DNA of 64,000 nucleotides from Rhina ancylostomus (lineage: Eukaryota). This document shows, piece after piece, positions 25,101 to 36,683 of this stretch. Made by a program: the position numbers and the translations under genes. Positions within the stretch are counted from its first letter, which is position 1; each line of letters starts with the position of its first letter. The DNA is taken from the NCBI GenBank assembly GCA_030265395.1, contig JARFYF010000054.1, positions 22,832,314-22,896,313 on the forward strand, given 5' to 3'. A model generated the notes under the pieces. That model saw nothing but the letters and a program-made list of their open reading frames with translations. It was not told the DNA's origin and searched no databases.

Positions 25101-25399
25101 TAAAAAAAAAATTGGGGTGTGGTAGAAGCGGGAATGTGATGACAACAATTTACACTCTTACCATTTGTCCATTAATCTTAGTTCTTCCCGGAACCTTCCT
25201 TGCAAAATGTTCCAGGGGAAACAGTTTCATCAAAGAAAATATTTCATTTGTTTGCAGCTCAAAGGAAACACGTTTCATTTGTACAATACCTCTACTGTGA
25301 TAAAATGTTTCAAGCACCTCTTGTGAATCAAGAGGTGATTGAAGAAATAGGGTTGCTATACCAACTGAGCCTTTGTTATATCCAGCCTTGCCCTGGCCT

Positions 25400-25965
25400 C
25401 CCGGCCAAAGTCCCTGGGAGATCCTTCATGTATATCGGAGTGTCATAGCTTGCTGCTGTAGAGGCAGCTGCGATGGGAATGGGCCATCATTCACCTACTG
25501 CTGGAATGTGCATTTGCCAAGGACATCTGGAAAGAGGTGCAGTGGTCTTTATCAAGGTTCATCCTTTTCAGCTGCTTAACACATGACAGTGTTCAATGAG
25601 CTGTTCCTTGGGACACATACTGAACATCAACTGCTTCTGGAAAACCATCCACTTGGTGAAAGGTTCTCTTTGGTCTGCCCAAAACTGGTGTTCCAGTGCA
25701 AGTGAATGCTACAGGCTGGCACTTTAAGATCTAGGACTACATGCTGAAGTGTCTGTTGAAGTTTGGTGCATTGGTCAGAAAGGGTCTAAAGGGAAAGGCC
25801 ACATTTTATGGTCCCCCCTGCCATTATACACCGATGGTCTGGGCCTGTGTGAAAACCCTGTGGACTGTCACACTCATGCAATGTAAATGGGAAGGCATGG
25901 CTTGCACTAGAAACAGTGACATGAATGGCTGTGATTATATACACATCCAAACTCTATGAATAAAC
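25400..25965 (+). mobile_element. Tx1/L1-clade LINE ORF2 C-terminus (CCHC zinc knuckle) and 3' UTR, frameshifted
   Basis: Pieced translation RSFMY...CCCRGSC...IIHLLLECAFAKDIWK...INCFWKTI.LVKGSLWSA.N, ending near aataaa at 25959. Confidence 0.8.
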
Positions 25966-25989
25966 AAACACATTAGAGACCTGTAAAAA

Positions 25990-26310
25990 GAAGCTTGAGC
26001 TTGTCCAAAACTCTGTTGGCCATATCCAAATCCATATCCATTCTCCAGTTCCACTTGCCTACTTTGGCTACCAGTTTAATAGTGCCTCAACTAAAATACT
26101 AATTTTTACATCTAATTTCTTTGAAAGCCTATTCTTTTCTTCCTCAGTAACCACCTCCATCCCTTTATGAGCTCTGTGCTTCTCTGCTTTTGTTATTTTG
26201 CATGTCTCTGATTTTCTAATCTGCACCATTGGTACCTTCAGCTTCCTCAGCCCTAACTTTTGCAAATCCCTCCTCTGGAAATGACAAGTTCAGTGTTCTG
26301 CCAGGCTCTT
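25990..26310 (+). mobile_element. L2 LINE 3' fragment, decayed
   Basis: LELVQNSVGHI and later ctgcaccattggtaccttcagcttcctcagccctaacttttgcaaatccctcc, resembling L2 LQL.QN.AAR...AFS...P.LWNSLP. Confidence 0.6.
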
Positions 26311-26639
26311 TTTAGGATACAACTCATGAATCTCATGTTAGCAATACAGACTTTTACAGTGGGTGCCCCAGTGCAATCCATTAGGTTCTTCTTGTAATAT
26401 ATTGTGGAATATAACAAAATCTCACTTGGAATATCAAGAGAATAAACCCGTTTTTGTGGCAATCAGATCTCCATCTATCTGATGGGATACTACATACAAT
26501 GCTGCAATGGGTAAGCATGTTACACAGTATGTGAGGATAGTAGTGATCCCACCAACTTTAAACATAATAGTTCATACACATGAGCCAGAATTCAATGTGA
26601 ATGCATAACACCTCACTAGACCCCAAAAAGCAAAGAAAA

Positions 26640-27116
26640 ACTACAGAATAAAAACAGTTAATGCTGGAACTGCTCAGTAGATCAGGCAGGATCCATGGAG
26701 GGAGAAACAGAACCAATGTTTCAGGTTGATGTCTTTCATAAGAAAGAGGATAAGTTGGAAAGTGAACACATTTTTCAGTTGCAGGGACAGAGATAGGGTA
26801 GAGGGGTGGAGAGGACACGGGATATCTGTGGTAGGGTGGAGATCAGGAGAGATTGAAAGAGATTGAAGTGATGGTGGTGCCGACTGAGGGAGGGTTGTGA
26901 AGGCTTGTTAATCACAGCTGATCTGTCTAGAGGCGAGGTAAACAGAAGGAGATGATGAAGAACAGAAAATGGAGAAAAAACAGTGCTGGATTTGTGAAAT
27001 GAAAAACACTGCAGTTACTGGAAATCTGGAAACAAAAGACAATGCTAGAAATGCACAGCAGAAGAGGAAAAAAACAGATTTAACAACATTTTGATGACTT
27101 TTCATCAAAACTGGCA
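26640..27116 (-). mobile_element. Inverted pseudo-LTR of the Penelope-like element, with two hammerhead-like units
   Basis: The reverse complement is collinear with 28741-29160 (shared cagatcagctg, cagatat and both hammerhead-like/tail units). Confidence 0.8.
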
Positions 27117-27124
27117 AGTTCTGA

Positions 27125-28735
27125 AGGCTGGACTACCCCATTAGACCATTGCCTCAGCCTGTTCTTGACCCAGCAAACTTATTCCTTCCTACCTTGCGTA
27201 CAAACATATGAATTAGGAGCAGGAGTAGCCACTTGAACCCCTGAGCCTGCTCCACCATTCAATAACATAGCTAAAATGATCATCTCAACTCCGCCATTCC
27301 ACCTACTCCCTGTAACTTTTCCCACCTTGTTTATCTATCTATCCTTGTATTAAAGATATTCAAAGACTGTGCTTCCACCGTTCTTTGAGGAAAAGACTCC
27401 CAAAAACTCACAACCCCCCCCCCAAGAGAAAATAATTCACTTCATCCCTTATATTTATACAGTGACCCCTAGTTCTATATTCCCTCAATCTCATTCACCC
27501 ATATCCACCTAAGCAAGACTCCTCCAGATCTTAAATGTTTCAATCAAGTCATCTCTCACTCTTCTAAACTACAGTGGAAACAAGTCTAGCTGATCCAACC
27601 TTTCCTCATAAGACATTTGAGATATCAGTCTAATAACAGCACTCAATCTGCACTCATACCAGTGTATATAGATCCTTCCCAAAATAAAGAGATCTATGTA
27701 GCACACATTACTACAGAGGTGGTCTCATCAAGCCCTATGTAGCTGAAGCATGACCTTCCAATTTTTGTATTCAATTCCTCCAACAATAAACAATAACATT
27801 CTGTTAGCTTTCCTAATTTGTGGTTGCATGCAGCCATTTTGGGAATCATGTATTAGGAAACTCAGATCCGTTTCCATCTTCATCCCATTTCAAGGAGATC
27901 TGAGGGCCTGTTACTTCATGAGCAGAGTCCCTCTCCATCACCAATCTCCTTCACTTGGATGAACTCACTCACACACTGACCAACTTCTCATTCACTTCCC
28001 CAATGTGCAGCCATGGGAACCCAGAAGGATCCAACTTTTCTGAGATTTGTGGAAGAGTTTTTGTTCCAGTTCAACTCATCACCCCACCCGCCACTGACCT
28101 CTTCTGTTTTTGATACAGTGGAGCTATTTTCTGCTCTCAAACAGAATTCAAATGTTCCATCTTCTTTGCTGCTGGTTTTCGCACTGCTCTCACATTCATA
28201 TGGTCCATCTCTGACTGTTGCCATCCCTGTCAGGACTTCTCAATTAGCAAGGGTTAGTGATCATTATCCACTACAAACCCACAGACTCCCACGGCAATCT
28301 TGACTGCAACACCCAGGCATGTTACTGTAAGGACTGCGTTCCATTTTCCCAGTGTCGAGGGCTCCATTGTACCTGTTCTGACGGCACTTTCCTTTTCCCT
28401 TCCCACCACCCAGGAACCCTAACATTCCTTCCAGGTGAAGCAGCCACTCTTTTGCATGTCTTCTAATTTGGTGTACAACATTCAGCACTGAATATGTGGT
28501 CTCTTCTATATTATGAAATCCAAGCACAGATTGGGTGACCAATTCACATAACACAAAGGTGACCTTTAGTTCCCCATCACTTCAGTTGTCTATTTCACTT
28601 CCAATCTCAGCTCCCTTTCTTTGGTCTCTTATGCTATTCCAACAAAGCCCAATGAAAGCTCAAGGAACAGCATCCGATTTACAGCCCTAAGAGCTCAATA
28701 TTGTCATCTAACCAGCCTTTTCAGTTTGTGTTGGA
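27125..28735 (+). mobile_element. Penelope-like retroelement ORF remnant (RT + GIY-YIG endonuclease), internally deleted, frameshifted and interrupted by CR1
   Basis: Pieced translation D.P.RP..SACS.P..LI.SYL (27130-27197), IP.QG.LRA, EL..TLTNFSF, AMGT, FVEEFLFQ, IHYKPTDSH.NLD, CKDCVPFSQ..L..TCSD, then FQVKQ..CMSSNLVYNIQH.ICGLFYI.KSKHRLGDQF (GIY-YIG). Confidence 0.9.
27200..27870 (-). mobile_element. CR1/HER1 LINE 3' fragment nested in the PLE
   Basis: The minus strand gives SYEERLDQLDLFPL.FRRVRDDLIETFKI. The 3' UTR gaattaggagcaggagtagcca is at the left end. Confidence 0.9.
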
Positions 28736-28740
28736 ACTGG

Positions 28741-29160
28741 CCAGTTCTAATGAAAGATCATCAACCTGTAACACTAACAGTTATGCTCTCCCCACAGATG
28801 CACCCTGACCAATTGTCTATTTCCAGCATTCTCTTTTATTTTGGTTTTCCAACAATGGCAGTGTTCTGTATCTCACACTTCTGGCATTGATTTCATTTCT
28901 CTTTTATCTGTCTTCATTCAAATTCTTGTATTCATATCTCTTCCAGGCAGATCAGCTGCTATCAGCAAGAATTCACACTCTCTCAAGTAGTTTTGCCGCC
29001 TTTTCCATCATACAGATATTCTTCATTTCCACTCCACCACAGTTATTTGCTCCACCTCTGTAATTTAAAGCATATTCCATTTCTAACTTTTGCAGATTTT
29101 GATGAATGATCATTGAGCTGAAACATTAACTCTGTTTCTCCCTCCACAGATGCTGTCTCT
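28741..29160 (+). mobile_element. Direct 3' pseudo-LTR region of the PLE with tandem hammerhead-like motifs
   Basis: CTAATGAaagatcatcaacctGTAAcact at 28747 and TTGATGAatgatcattgagctGAAAcatt at 29099, each followed by ctcYccacagatgc. Confidence 0.8.
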
Positions 29161-29164
29161 GTTT

Positions 29165-29340
29165 ACACCTCCTTAATTCTCTCCACCCTACTTTAAGTTA
29201 CTCTTTCAACTTTTCACTTCTTTGATCAAGGTTTTTTGACACCTGTCCTGATGTCACTTTGTGTGACTCAGTCAGCTCTTCTTTCTCATACTTTTGCAAA
29301 GCACATATTTTACTCTGTTAAAAATACTATACAGATGACA
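29165..29340 (+). mobile_element. L2-type 3' tail fragment
   Basis: ctttgatcaaggttttttgacacctgtcctgatgtc...gttaaaaatactata, the same family as 42700-42960. Confidence 0.5.
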
Positions 29341-29789
29341 AATTAACTGAGAGCAGAATCAAGAAGCAACTTTTAACAGGAGGAGAGGCTTCAACAATGT
29401 GACAGGACTTAAGAAAAGAGGTCCAAGTATTGACGGTTGAAAAATCTATCACCAAGGAAACCATACTTGGAAAGAAGTGAGGTGTGCAGGAAGTTCAGTT
29501 TAAAGGATCATGGACATTGGCTGTGATGGAGGGCTAGAGAAGGTTTTAGAGAAAGAATGCACATAGACCAAAGGTAGATCTGTGAAACTCTATTTAAGAA
29601 ACCCGATGAACAAGGCAGATTAGAACTGTAAATTATTCATTTTAATACATCAAAATGGTTTCATTTTCATTGATTTTCAATAATTCAGGTTCCTAAGCCA
29701 CATATTAAATACTTAGACATGAATGTGAGCATCAGTTCATTACTGTGACTGTTGATGTTGGGAGTGTAAATTCCCCCTTTTGTTTTATT

Positions 29790-30090
29790 TTCTCATTTTT
29801 TTGAGATGTAGACACGGTAGGCAAGGTCATCAGTTATTGCCCAACTCTAATTGTCCTTTCAAAGTTTGTCATGAGCCACCTGTGAAATCCTGGTGAAGGC
29901 ACATCCATGGTACTGTTGGATCAAGAGTTACAGAATTTAGATCCATCCATAACAAGGAATAGTGATAGAATTCCTGGTGCAGATGGATAACTTGGACAGA
30001 AACTGCAGTTGGTGATATTTCTGTGTGCCTGATGCCATTACCCTTCTGCTGAGCAGGTCATGGGTTTGGGAGCTCCTGATATTGTTGCAG
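29790..30090 (-). mobile_element. L2/CR1-group LINE 3' end, decayed
   Basis: ggcaaggtcatcagttattgcccaactctaattgtcctttcaaag...tggtgaaggcacatccatggtactgttgg. The tail is shared with the SINE at 2225-2525 and with 61005-61130. Confidence 0.6.
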
Positions 30091-31401
30091 GATAATTCTG
30101 AGAAGGTTCCTTTCCAGATGATAATTTTTAAAAAGAAACTTTAAATATTAGTGATTTGTTTCAAAGAGGCTTTCACAGGCTTTTTGCATCATTTCGATTT
30201 GAAAGATTGACCTTGAATACATTTGTAATAACCACAATCTGGGCCCTGCCACTTGAAGCAAAATGGTGGTCTTGTGGTAGTTAAATACCAGGACCTACAG
30301 CCGCCTTAAATCATGGTCGAGGTTGGCAGTGGAAATGTTTTCAGACCTGAATGTGGAACTTTATTCATCTCTTCTGTCTGCTGGGCTGGAGAGTGTAAAT
30401 TGATAAACTTGTCCAGACAGCTAACTACCACAGGAATCCGTCAGACATACTCAATGTTTCAAAGCCACAATGAGTCCAATTTAAAAATTGGCTTTTGTGG
30501 ATGCCAGCAATTAAAAAAGACGTACTCTGAACTTAACCACTGGCTGTGTTGATAGAAAAGGGAACCAGCTGAACATGTCACCATAATGGCAAACAGGTGT
30601 TCAAATATGGATTTAAAAAGGCCAGTCAGAATAAAAGGCTTGTTTTTAGGTTTTAAACTTTTAACTCAAGCTTTTCTTTCACTGAGCTATGCAGTAATTT
30701 TTCAAATGGTAGCTGGTTCTTTGGAAGAAGTCAGAATTTCTCAGCACTTTGCCCAGCTATTGACAATTGGGTTGAAAATGTGTAAATGAAATGCCAATGG
30801 CAAGTCCTGGAAGAGAGCAGAACTGAAAGGCAATTCATATTTTTTTTATGGTCATGGATTGAAATATATATTAATAATGGACTTTAAACAGAATTATAAA
30901 TCAGTTCAGTTAGATGGCTCCTAAACAGAATTATTCATCTTACAAAAGAGTACTTCATGCCTGCTAGCAATAAACCATGTTTCACCTTCAAATTCACCTG
31001 TTGAAAGGGCAGGTCTCTCCTGGCAGAATTCCCTTGATTCATTATTGTGTGTTGCTTTATGAATTTTTTATTTTTTTATATATCAGGGTATGTGAATTGC
31101 TGTTTCAACTGCAAAGGCTAAGCCCTGACTCATAACATATCCCAGACCTCAGGAAGAATCATTAAAACATGTCTCTGTAGGACTCGAGCTGCATTCAATA
31201 AAAGATATTAAAGCCTACCATTATAATGGAAGATTCGCACTAATAGTACACTGAGAAACTACAGATGTGTTCAATTACTTTTTTATCTAGTTAATAAGGA
31301 AATAATTTCTTTCTAAAGGGTTTAATGCATGTAGGTTTTAACTGGTGGTATTTTCAGTCTCTTGTGATATTTTACACCTGTTCAGACTGTAACCTTTATC
31401 G

Positions 31402-31576
31402 ACCATAAGACATAGGAGCAGAATCGGGCCATTTGGCCCATCAAGTCTACTCCTCCATTCGATCATGGCGAATTTGTTTTCCCCTCTCAACCTCATTCTC
31501 CTGCCTTCTCCCCATAACCTTTGACACCCTTACTCATCAAGAACCTATCAACCTCCGCTTTAAATATACCCAATGA
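31402..31576 (-). mobile_element. Relatively young CR1/HER1 3' end
   Basis: ccataagacataggagcagaatcgggccatttggcccatcaagtctactcc...ctccgctttaaatatacccaatga. Confidence 0.85.
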
Positions 31577-33184
31577 GACATCAGGCACATACATTGTGTA
31601 CCTAGAATTTTGCTGTCACTATTTCAGAGGAAAAGAAATGCCTCATTTGAAGTGTGAAGCTCCTGCTGTCGACCCCTGCAGTATCTAAGCTCCTTGTTTC
31701 TCAGACAGTAGCGTGTTCAATAACAGCAAAGGTGCCACAAGATTGAATCTGCTGTGATTTTACAGAAAAACCATCTGAGGGCTCAACAGTGCGATCTTGA
31801 TAAGATGTTTAGATGTAGAGCTTCAATTGAGCCAGTCCAAACAACATATACTGCTTTTTCAAAAAAAAATAGTAAATCAAAGTCTATCTATTTCTTTCAC
31901 ATCTCTTCTGCAATGGTTTTACCAAACGTTTTGCTGTATGAGCAGTCAAGAACTGTACACACTTATTTACTTGCACGTACCTTGTTGTTTGTAATAAGTT
32001 AGTATAATCATCTCAACTGCTTCTCAGCTAAATATTTTAGGAGTTTGCTTTACTTTCAGAGAAGCACCATCTGAGTCTGTTGCTCTATTCAAGAGATGGT
32101 TTTAATATTACATGCGGAATGAGGGATGGATAGCAAGCTGGAGTTTATTAAACAGAGATGCTGAATTGCAGTTTTTTTGAATACAGTTATGTAAACTCAA
32201 TGTTTCCCCTTGTTCTTGAGTATATCATGACCTGGAGCCTTTTTATGACTAACCTTCTAAGTTCAATTTTAGAAGCATCCAATTCTTTGGCAATATCAAA
32301 CGGCTTGTGCGTTGAACACTATTTGCTGGAAAACGGGTACAGTAGAATGTCTCAAGTGATAACTTTCACAACCCATCAGTGTAAGATCCAATAAACTGTC
32401 AGTGCAGATTCTACTATAGGCCAGTGGCCTATTTATTCATCTCCATGCAGGAGAACTGTTTATCACACATTTCTGGGAGTCATATTGTGGGAGTTCTGTA
32501 TTGAATTATTTTGATTTCAAAGCAATTCAGGGAACAGCAATGGCTCAGTAGTCAAATTACCACCTGGCTTTCTTTGAAGTCTCATAAGTTTATCCATTAA
32601 GTAGTTAAGCCATAAGATAAGCTTTGGCGCAATGGCCCAAAGTGTGTGCCAAAGGGAAATGATACATTGCAATTCCCAGCATTGAAAATTGTAGGTCCCA
32701 CACGCATTCTGACCAAAATTGAGGAATGCAATCGTTCACCTCCCTCTGTAGATTCTTCCTCAAATGGAAGCTGTATAGGGAGGCATGAGTGGGGGTTCTC
32801 ATTCATGCCTCCTTATACTGCTCCCATTTGAACTTTCACTGCCGTATAGCTTTCAGTTTCCTTTCCTGCATCCCTGGCAACAGCATTTCTAATCAATGAA
32901 GCCATGTACTATCATATAAACAAACAGTCAATGTTGTGCTACCAGGACCACTGGTGAACTATATCCTTGAAACGATCCTTCTGTGCCAACAATTCCACAT
33001 CCATGGCCAAGTTTACTACAGGCTTGGCTCTGTGGGGAGATATTAAATGTGTTTAAGTTAACAGAAGGACTTCTGTTAGGAAATTTGGAACGCACTGCTC
33101 CTTCAGAAAATAATTTTTGCCACATTTGGAAAATCAGACCATTCATTTAATAAGAGAAATGCTTTAAAAGAAATCTCTTCACAA

Positions 33185-33314
33185 ACCAGTTCTGATGAAG
33201 AGTTCCAGACCTGAAATCTTAGTTGTTTCTCGTTCCAGAGATGCTGCCTGATCTGTAGAGTGTTTCCAGCACTTTTTATCTTCATTTCAGATTTCCAGCA
33301 TCTGCAGTTTTTTT
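33185..33314 (+). mobile_element. Penelope-terminus-derived repeat with intact CTGATGA/GAAA hammerhead core letters
   Basis: ccagttCTGATGAagagttccagacctGAAAtctta...cagagatgctgcctgatct...ttcagatttccagcatctgcag. Confidence 0.8.
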
Positions 33315-33477
33315 TGGAGCAACACACACCAAATGCTGGAGGAAATCAGCAGGTCAGGCAGCATCTATGGAGGGAGAAATTCCCTCTATAGATGCTGCCT
33401 GACCTGCTGAGTTCCTCCAGCATTTGGTGTGTGTTGCTCCATATTTCAGCATCTGCAGAATCTCTTGTATCTCCTAG
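33315..33477. mobile_element. Near-perfect fold-back PLE-derived element with target-site duplication
   Basis: 61-bp arms at 33315-33375 and 33381-33441 with 2 mismatches and a 5-nt loop, flanked on both sides by ctgcagttttttt. Confidence 0.9.
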
Positions 33478-34129
33478 CTGCAGTTTTTTTTTTCAGATTT
33501 TCTTCTACTTGATAATTTTTTTTCCAATGAATATTAAAATATTACATTTTGGGCAATATTTTAAATTCATACTATCATATAGAATGCTCGTTACTGTTGC
33601 TTATTGGTTCCCTTTCACCCTCACACCATCTTATCATGGTTTTGTTGGAGTATAGTTACTCCACAATTGTTTCAATCTGCCTCTACACAATGTCCAACTG
33701 ATGTCATTCCAAAACTCCATCTACTGTGCCTATGGTGTCAAATATATTACTCATTAACTTCAACTTTCTGCACCATACTTCATAAGAAAGTGTAAACAAA
33801 CACTTCAGGAACATACAGTACTGGAAAGCTGAGTCTCATAATTGACATCTGCCTGAACTGGGTGAAATGCCTAAAAGCATTTTGAATTTACAGAGTACAG
33901 AATAGGATTCAAAGCAAGCAACAAAATGGAGATAGCAGCTTTGTTCAAGTTAGTGAAAGGAAATATTGCACAGATGTATTTTTCAGTTATGACCCGAAAT
34001 GCTGAATGAGATTCAATTTTGTATCACTCTGCAGAAAGAGAGAACAGCAATTCTGCTCCTCATGTATTTGCTGCTTTCATTTGAATTGTTGTTAATGTAA
34101 CTCCAGTCACCTCTCTCTGTTCCACATCC

Positions 34130-34395
34130 CTTTCTATCCTTACCTCATAAAAACTACCTACTTCAGTCTTCAAAATTGTTATTGGCATTTTGGGGGCACA
34201 AATTCCAAATTGCAATGAAAAATTACATCCTGATATCACTCCTGAATGACCTGATTTTAAGATGATCCATCCTTGTGCTGGGCTATCCTATTCCCCTGAG
34301 CCACCAGGAGAAATTATTTCACTATCTCCACCCTCTTTCAATCATTTTCATTCCCAGTTAGATCATCCCTCAACGTTATAGATGCAAGGGTTTAT
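34130..34395 (-). mobile_element. CR1 3' fragment, decayed
   Basis: catcctgatatcactcctgaatgacctgattttaagatgatccatccttgtgctgg...ctatctccaccct...ttagatcatccctcaac. Confidence 0.55.
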
Positions 34396-35374
34396 AAACA
34401 TGACCACAAATTGTAGAGGAAGCTCGTGGTCTCTTGGAATGAAAGCAGAAGATGTTGTTAATACCCTGCAGATCAGGTAGCATCTGTGGCAAAAGAAGTA
34501 CAGTTGGTTGTGGTGACTTTGCTAGTGATTCCAATCACAATTGATGGCATTAAGTCATTTTGGCAGCAGTAAGCCCTGGATTTCTGCACTGATGCTACAA
34601 GACAAACAATTCTGGGATTTATTGGGACATCTTCAGAAGGCTGAAGGCTGCTGCTTTACTCAGCGGCTGGACTCCACATGGACCTTAGCAGCAAAGCTCA
34701 GTCTGGCTGGGATTCCTCTCAGGAATTGCCAATTTGATCCCAAAGTGTTGTGTAGGATTCCAAGTCCTATTAATTCATGGGGGTTGCAGTTTGAAGATTT
34801 AGGAAGCAAAAAGAAGTTACTTCTTTAAATTATTTTGCTTTATTTTAGCTTTTAATTATTTATGTATGTGTTTTATGTTTGTAGTTAATTACATTTTTTA
34901 AATTATCTTTTTAATGACTTACTTCAATATTAATTGTTGTTGAATTTCTCCAAGTCAGAAACATTTAACAGTTATTAAAACCAGTGAAAATGTTTACACT
35001 GGCAAAGCCCCAGCCCCAGGTTTTTGAAAGCAGTCAGGGATGATTTTGGGAGATGGGGCCCCCTCATTGCAGTCACCATTCAGACTGAGCTGCAGGGAGT
35101 GGAGGACCAGCAAGAAAGACCTCCCACCTCTGGCTCATTGAAGTACACACATGGGAGGACCAAAACCTGTGATGCCAGACAGGGGCAGTAGGCCAGAACC
35201 ATCCAGCCCACTATTTTCAATTATCGTCATAAATTGCTACTAAACATTGTTTGGGTCATGATTAAATACTTTATAATCCCCTATTTTGTGAACAATGCAA
35301 TGAGTACGCAGCATTGTCATCAGACTGATACTCAGAATAAGTTATCAGACAAAACTGAAAATACTGGCATTATT

Positions 35375-35665
35375 TCTATTGGATTCGAGAAGTCGAGGAG
35401 AGAGGTTTAACACTGCTTTTTAAAATGGTGAAGGTGAAGAGGTTAAGACAATTTCCTTCAGTGGGGAAGTCAAGCATGAGGGATAATCAATTTAAATCTG
35501 TCATCAAAAGAATGTAGAGGGAAGCAGAGAGATTTATTGATGCTGAGCTTATTGGAAGTGCCTTCCTCGGGGAATGGGTAAGGTAGAGACCACTGCATTT
35601 TTCATGGGAAGTGTAGATTCATATTTGAAGCAAAGAAAAGGTACAGGATTGTGGAGAGGGCACAN
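35375..35665 (+). mobile_element. CR1 3' fragment, decayed
   Basis: tttccttcagtggggaagtcaagcatgaggg...tggaagtgccttcctcggggaatgggtaaggtagagacc. Confidence 0.55.
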
Positions 35666-35743
35666 NNNNNNNNNCAGTGGGAATAATTTTTGGTTGTTCT
35701 GACCATCAGCTGGCATGGCAAAATAAGCCATATTGAAGCCTTA

Positions 35744-36010
35744 AGATCATAGAATAATCATAGAGTTCTTGTAGCACAGAAGGAGGCCATTTGGCCAGTT
35801 AAGTCAGTGCCAATTGCGAGTAGAGAAATCCTATCAGTCCCATTCCCTTGCGTTTCTTCCCCTATTATTTTTCATACAGCTTTGCATAAAGTAATCCGAC
35901 TCTCTCCTTGCAATCCCGTATCTTGCTCTGCTTCAAATATTTATCTGCTCTTACCCTTAAAAATGACAATCTTGCCTACACTCTGTAGAGCACACTTCTC
36001 ACTGTGAAAA
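35744..36010 (-). mobile_element. CR1/HER1 3' UTR with short terminal repeats
   Basis: atcatagaataatcatagag...cacagaaggaggccatttggcc. Confidence 0.6.
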
Positions 36011-36627
36011 CATTGCATCTTGCTTTACCACTTACCGGAGAATTAAAAATGAGGGACTTTAGTGGTACTGATTGAATTATTATTTCAAAGAGCCAGCATG
36101 GGAATGGTGGGTTGAACAGCCTCTTTCTGTGTTGCAAAATTATTTGATCCAATATCTGCCAGTGTTTTTAAAATGCGCAAAACTCACTCACTTTTCTCAC
36201 ATTGATAAAACTTCAGTGTCAACCCAAGCCTTTAGAAAACAGTGATTAATGTTGTCATTCTCTGGCAGATTATCAAAGTCTGAAAAAAAAGGAGAAATAG
36301 AGGTTTTGTTCGTCTTTTGAATCAGTAATTTTCAGTGATATGTCTCCATGCAGCTGTAATTAAACTTGGATTCAGAATTTCAAAACTGTGTATACCTTAA
36401 AAATCTGAAAACTGTTATCTGACGTCAGACAAGGCCTGAAGTAAACCCCTGAAATTAATGGCAGAAACTCGTGCAAGGTTCTGAACAAACCACCCATCTC
36501 TTGCAATCTACGTAGTCAGTGCTGAAGTAAAAGAAAGCTCCAGTTTGCTAGTTTGCACCATCTGAATATGAAGTGAAACAACAGCCCACCAGATTCAATC
36601 TATTAATCATAAAGGCACAATGTTATT

Positions 36628-36683
36628 GGGGTGGTGAGTGTGGGGGAGGGGGTGAGGGGTGAGGGGGGAGGGTGGTGGGAGGT
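36628..36683 (+). repeat. G-rich low-complexity tract with G-quadruplex potential
   Basis: More than four G3+ runs with short loops. Confidence 0.7.
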
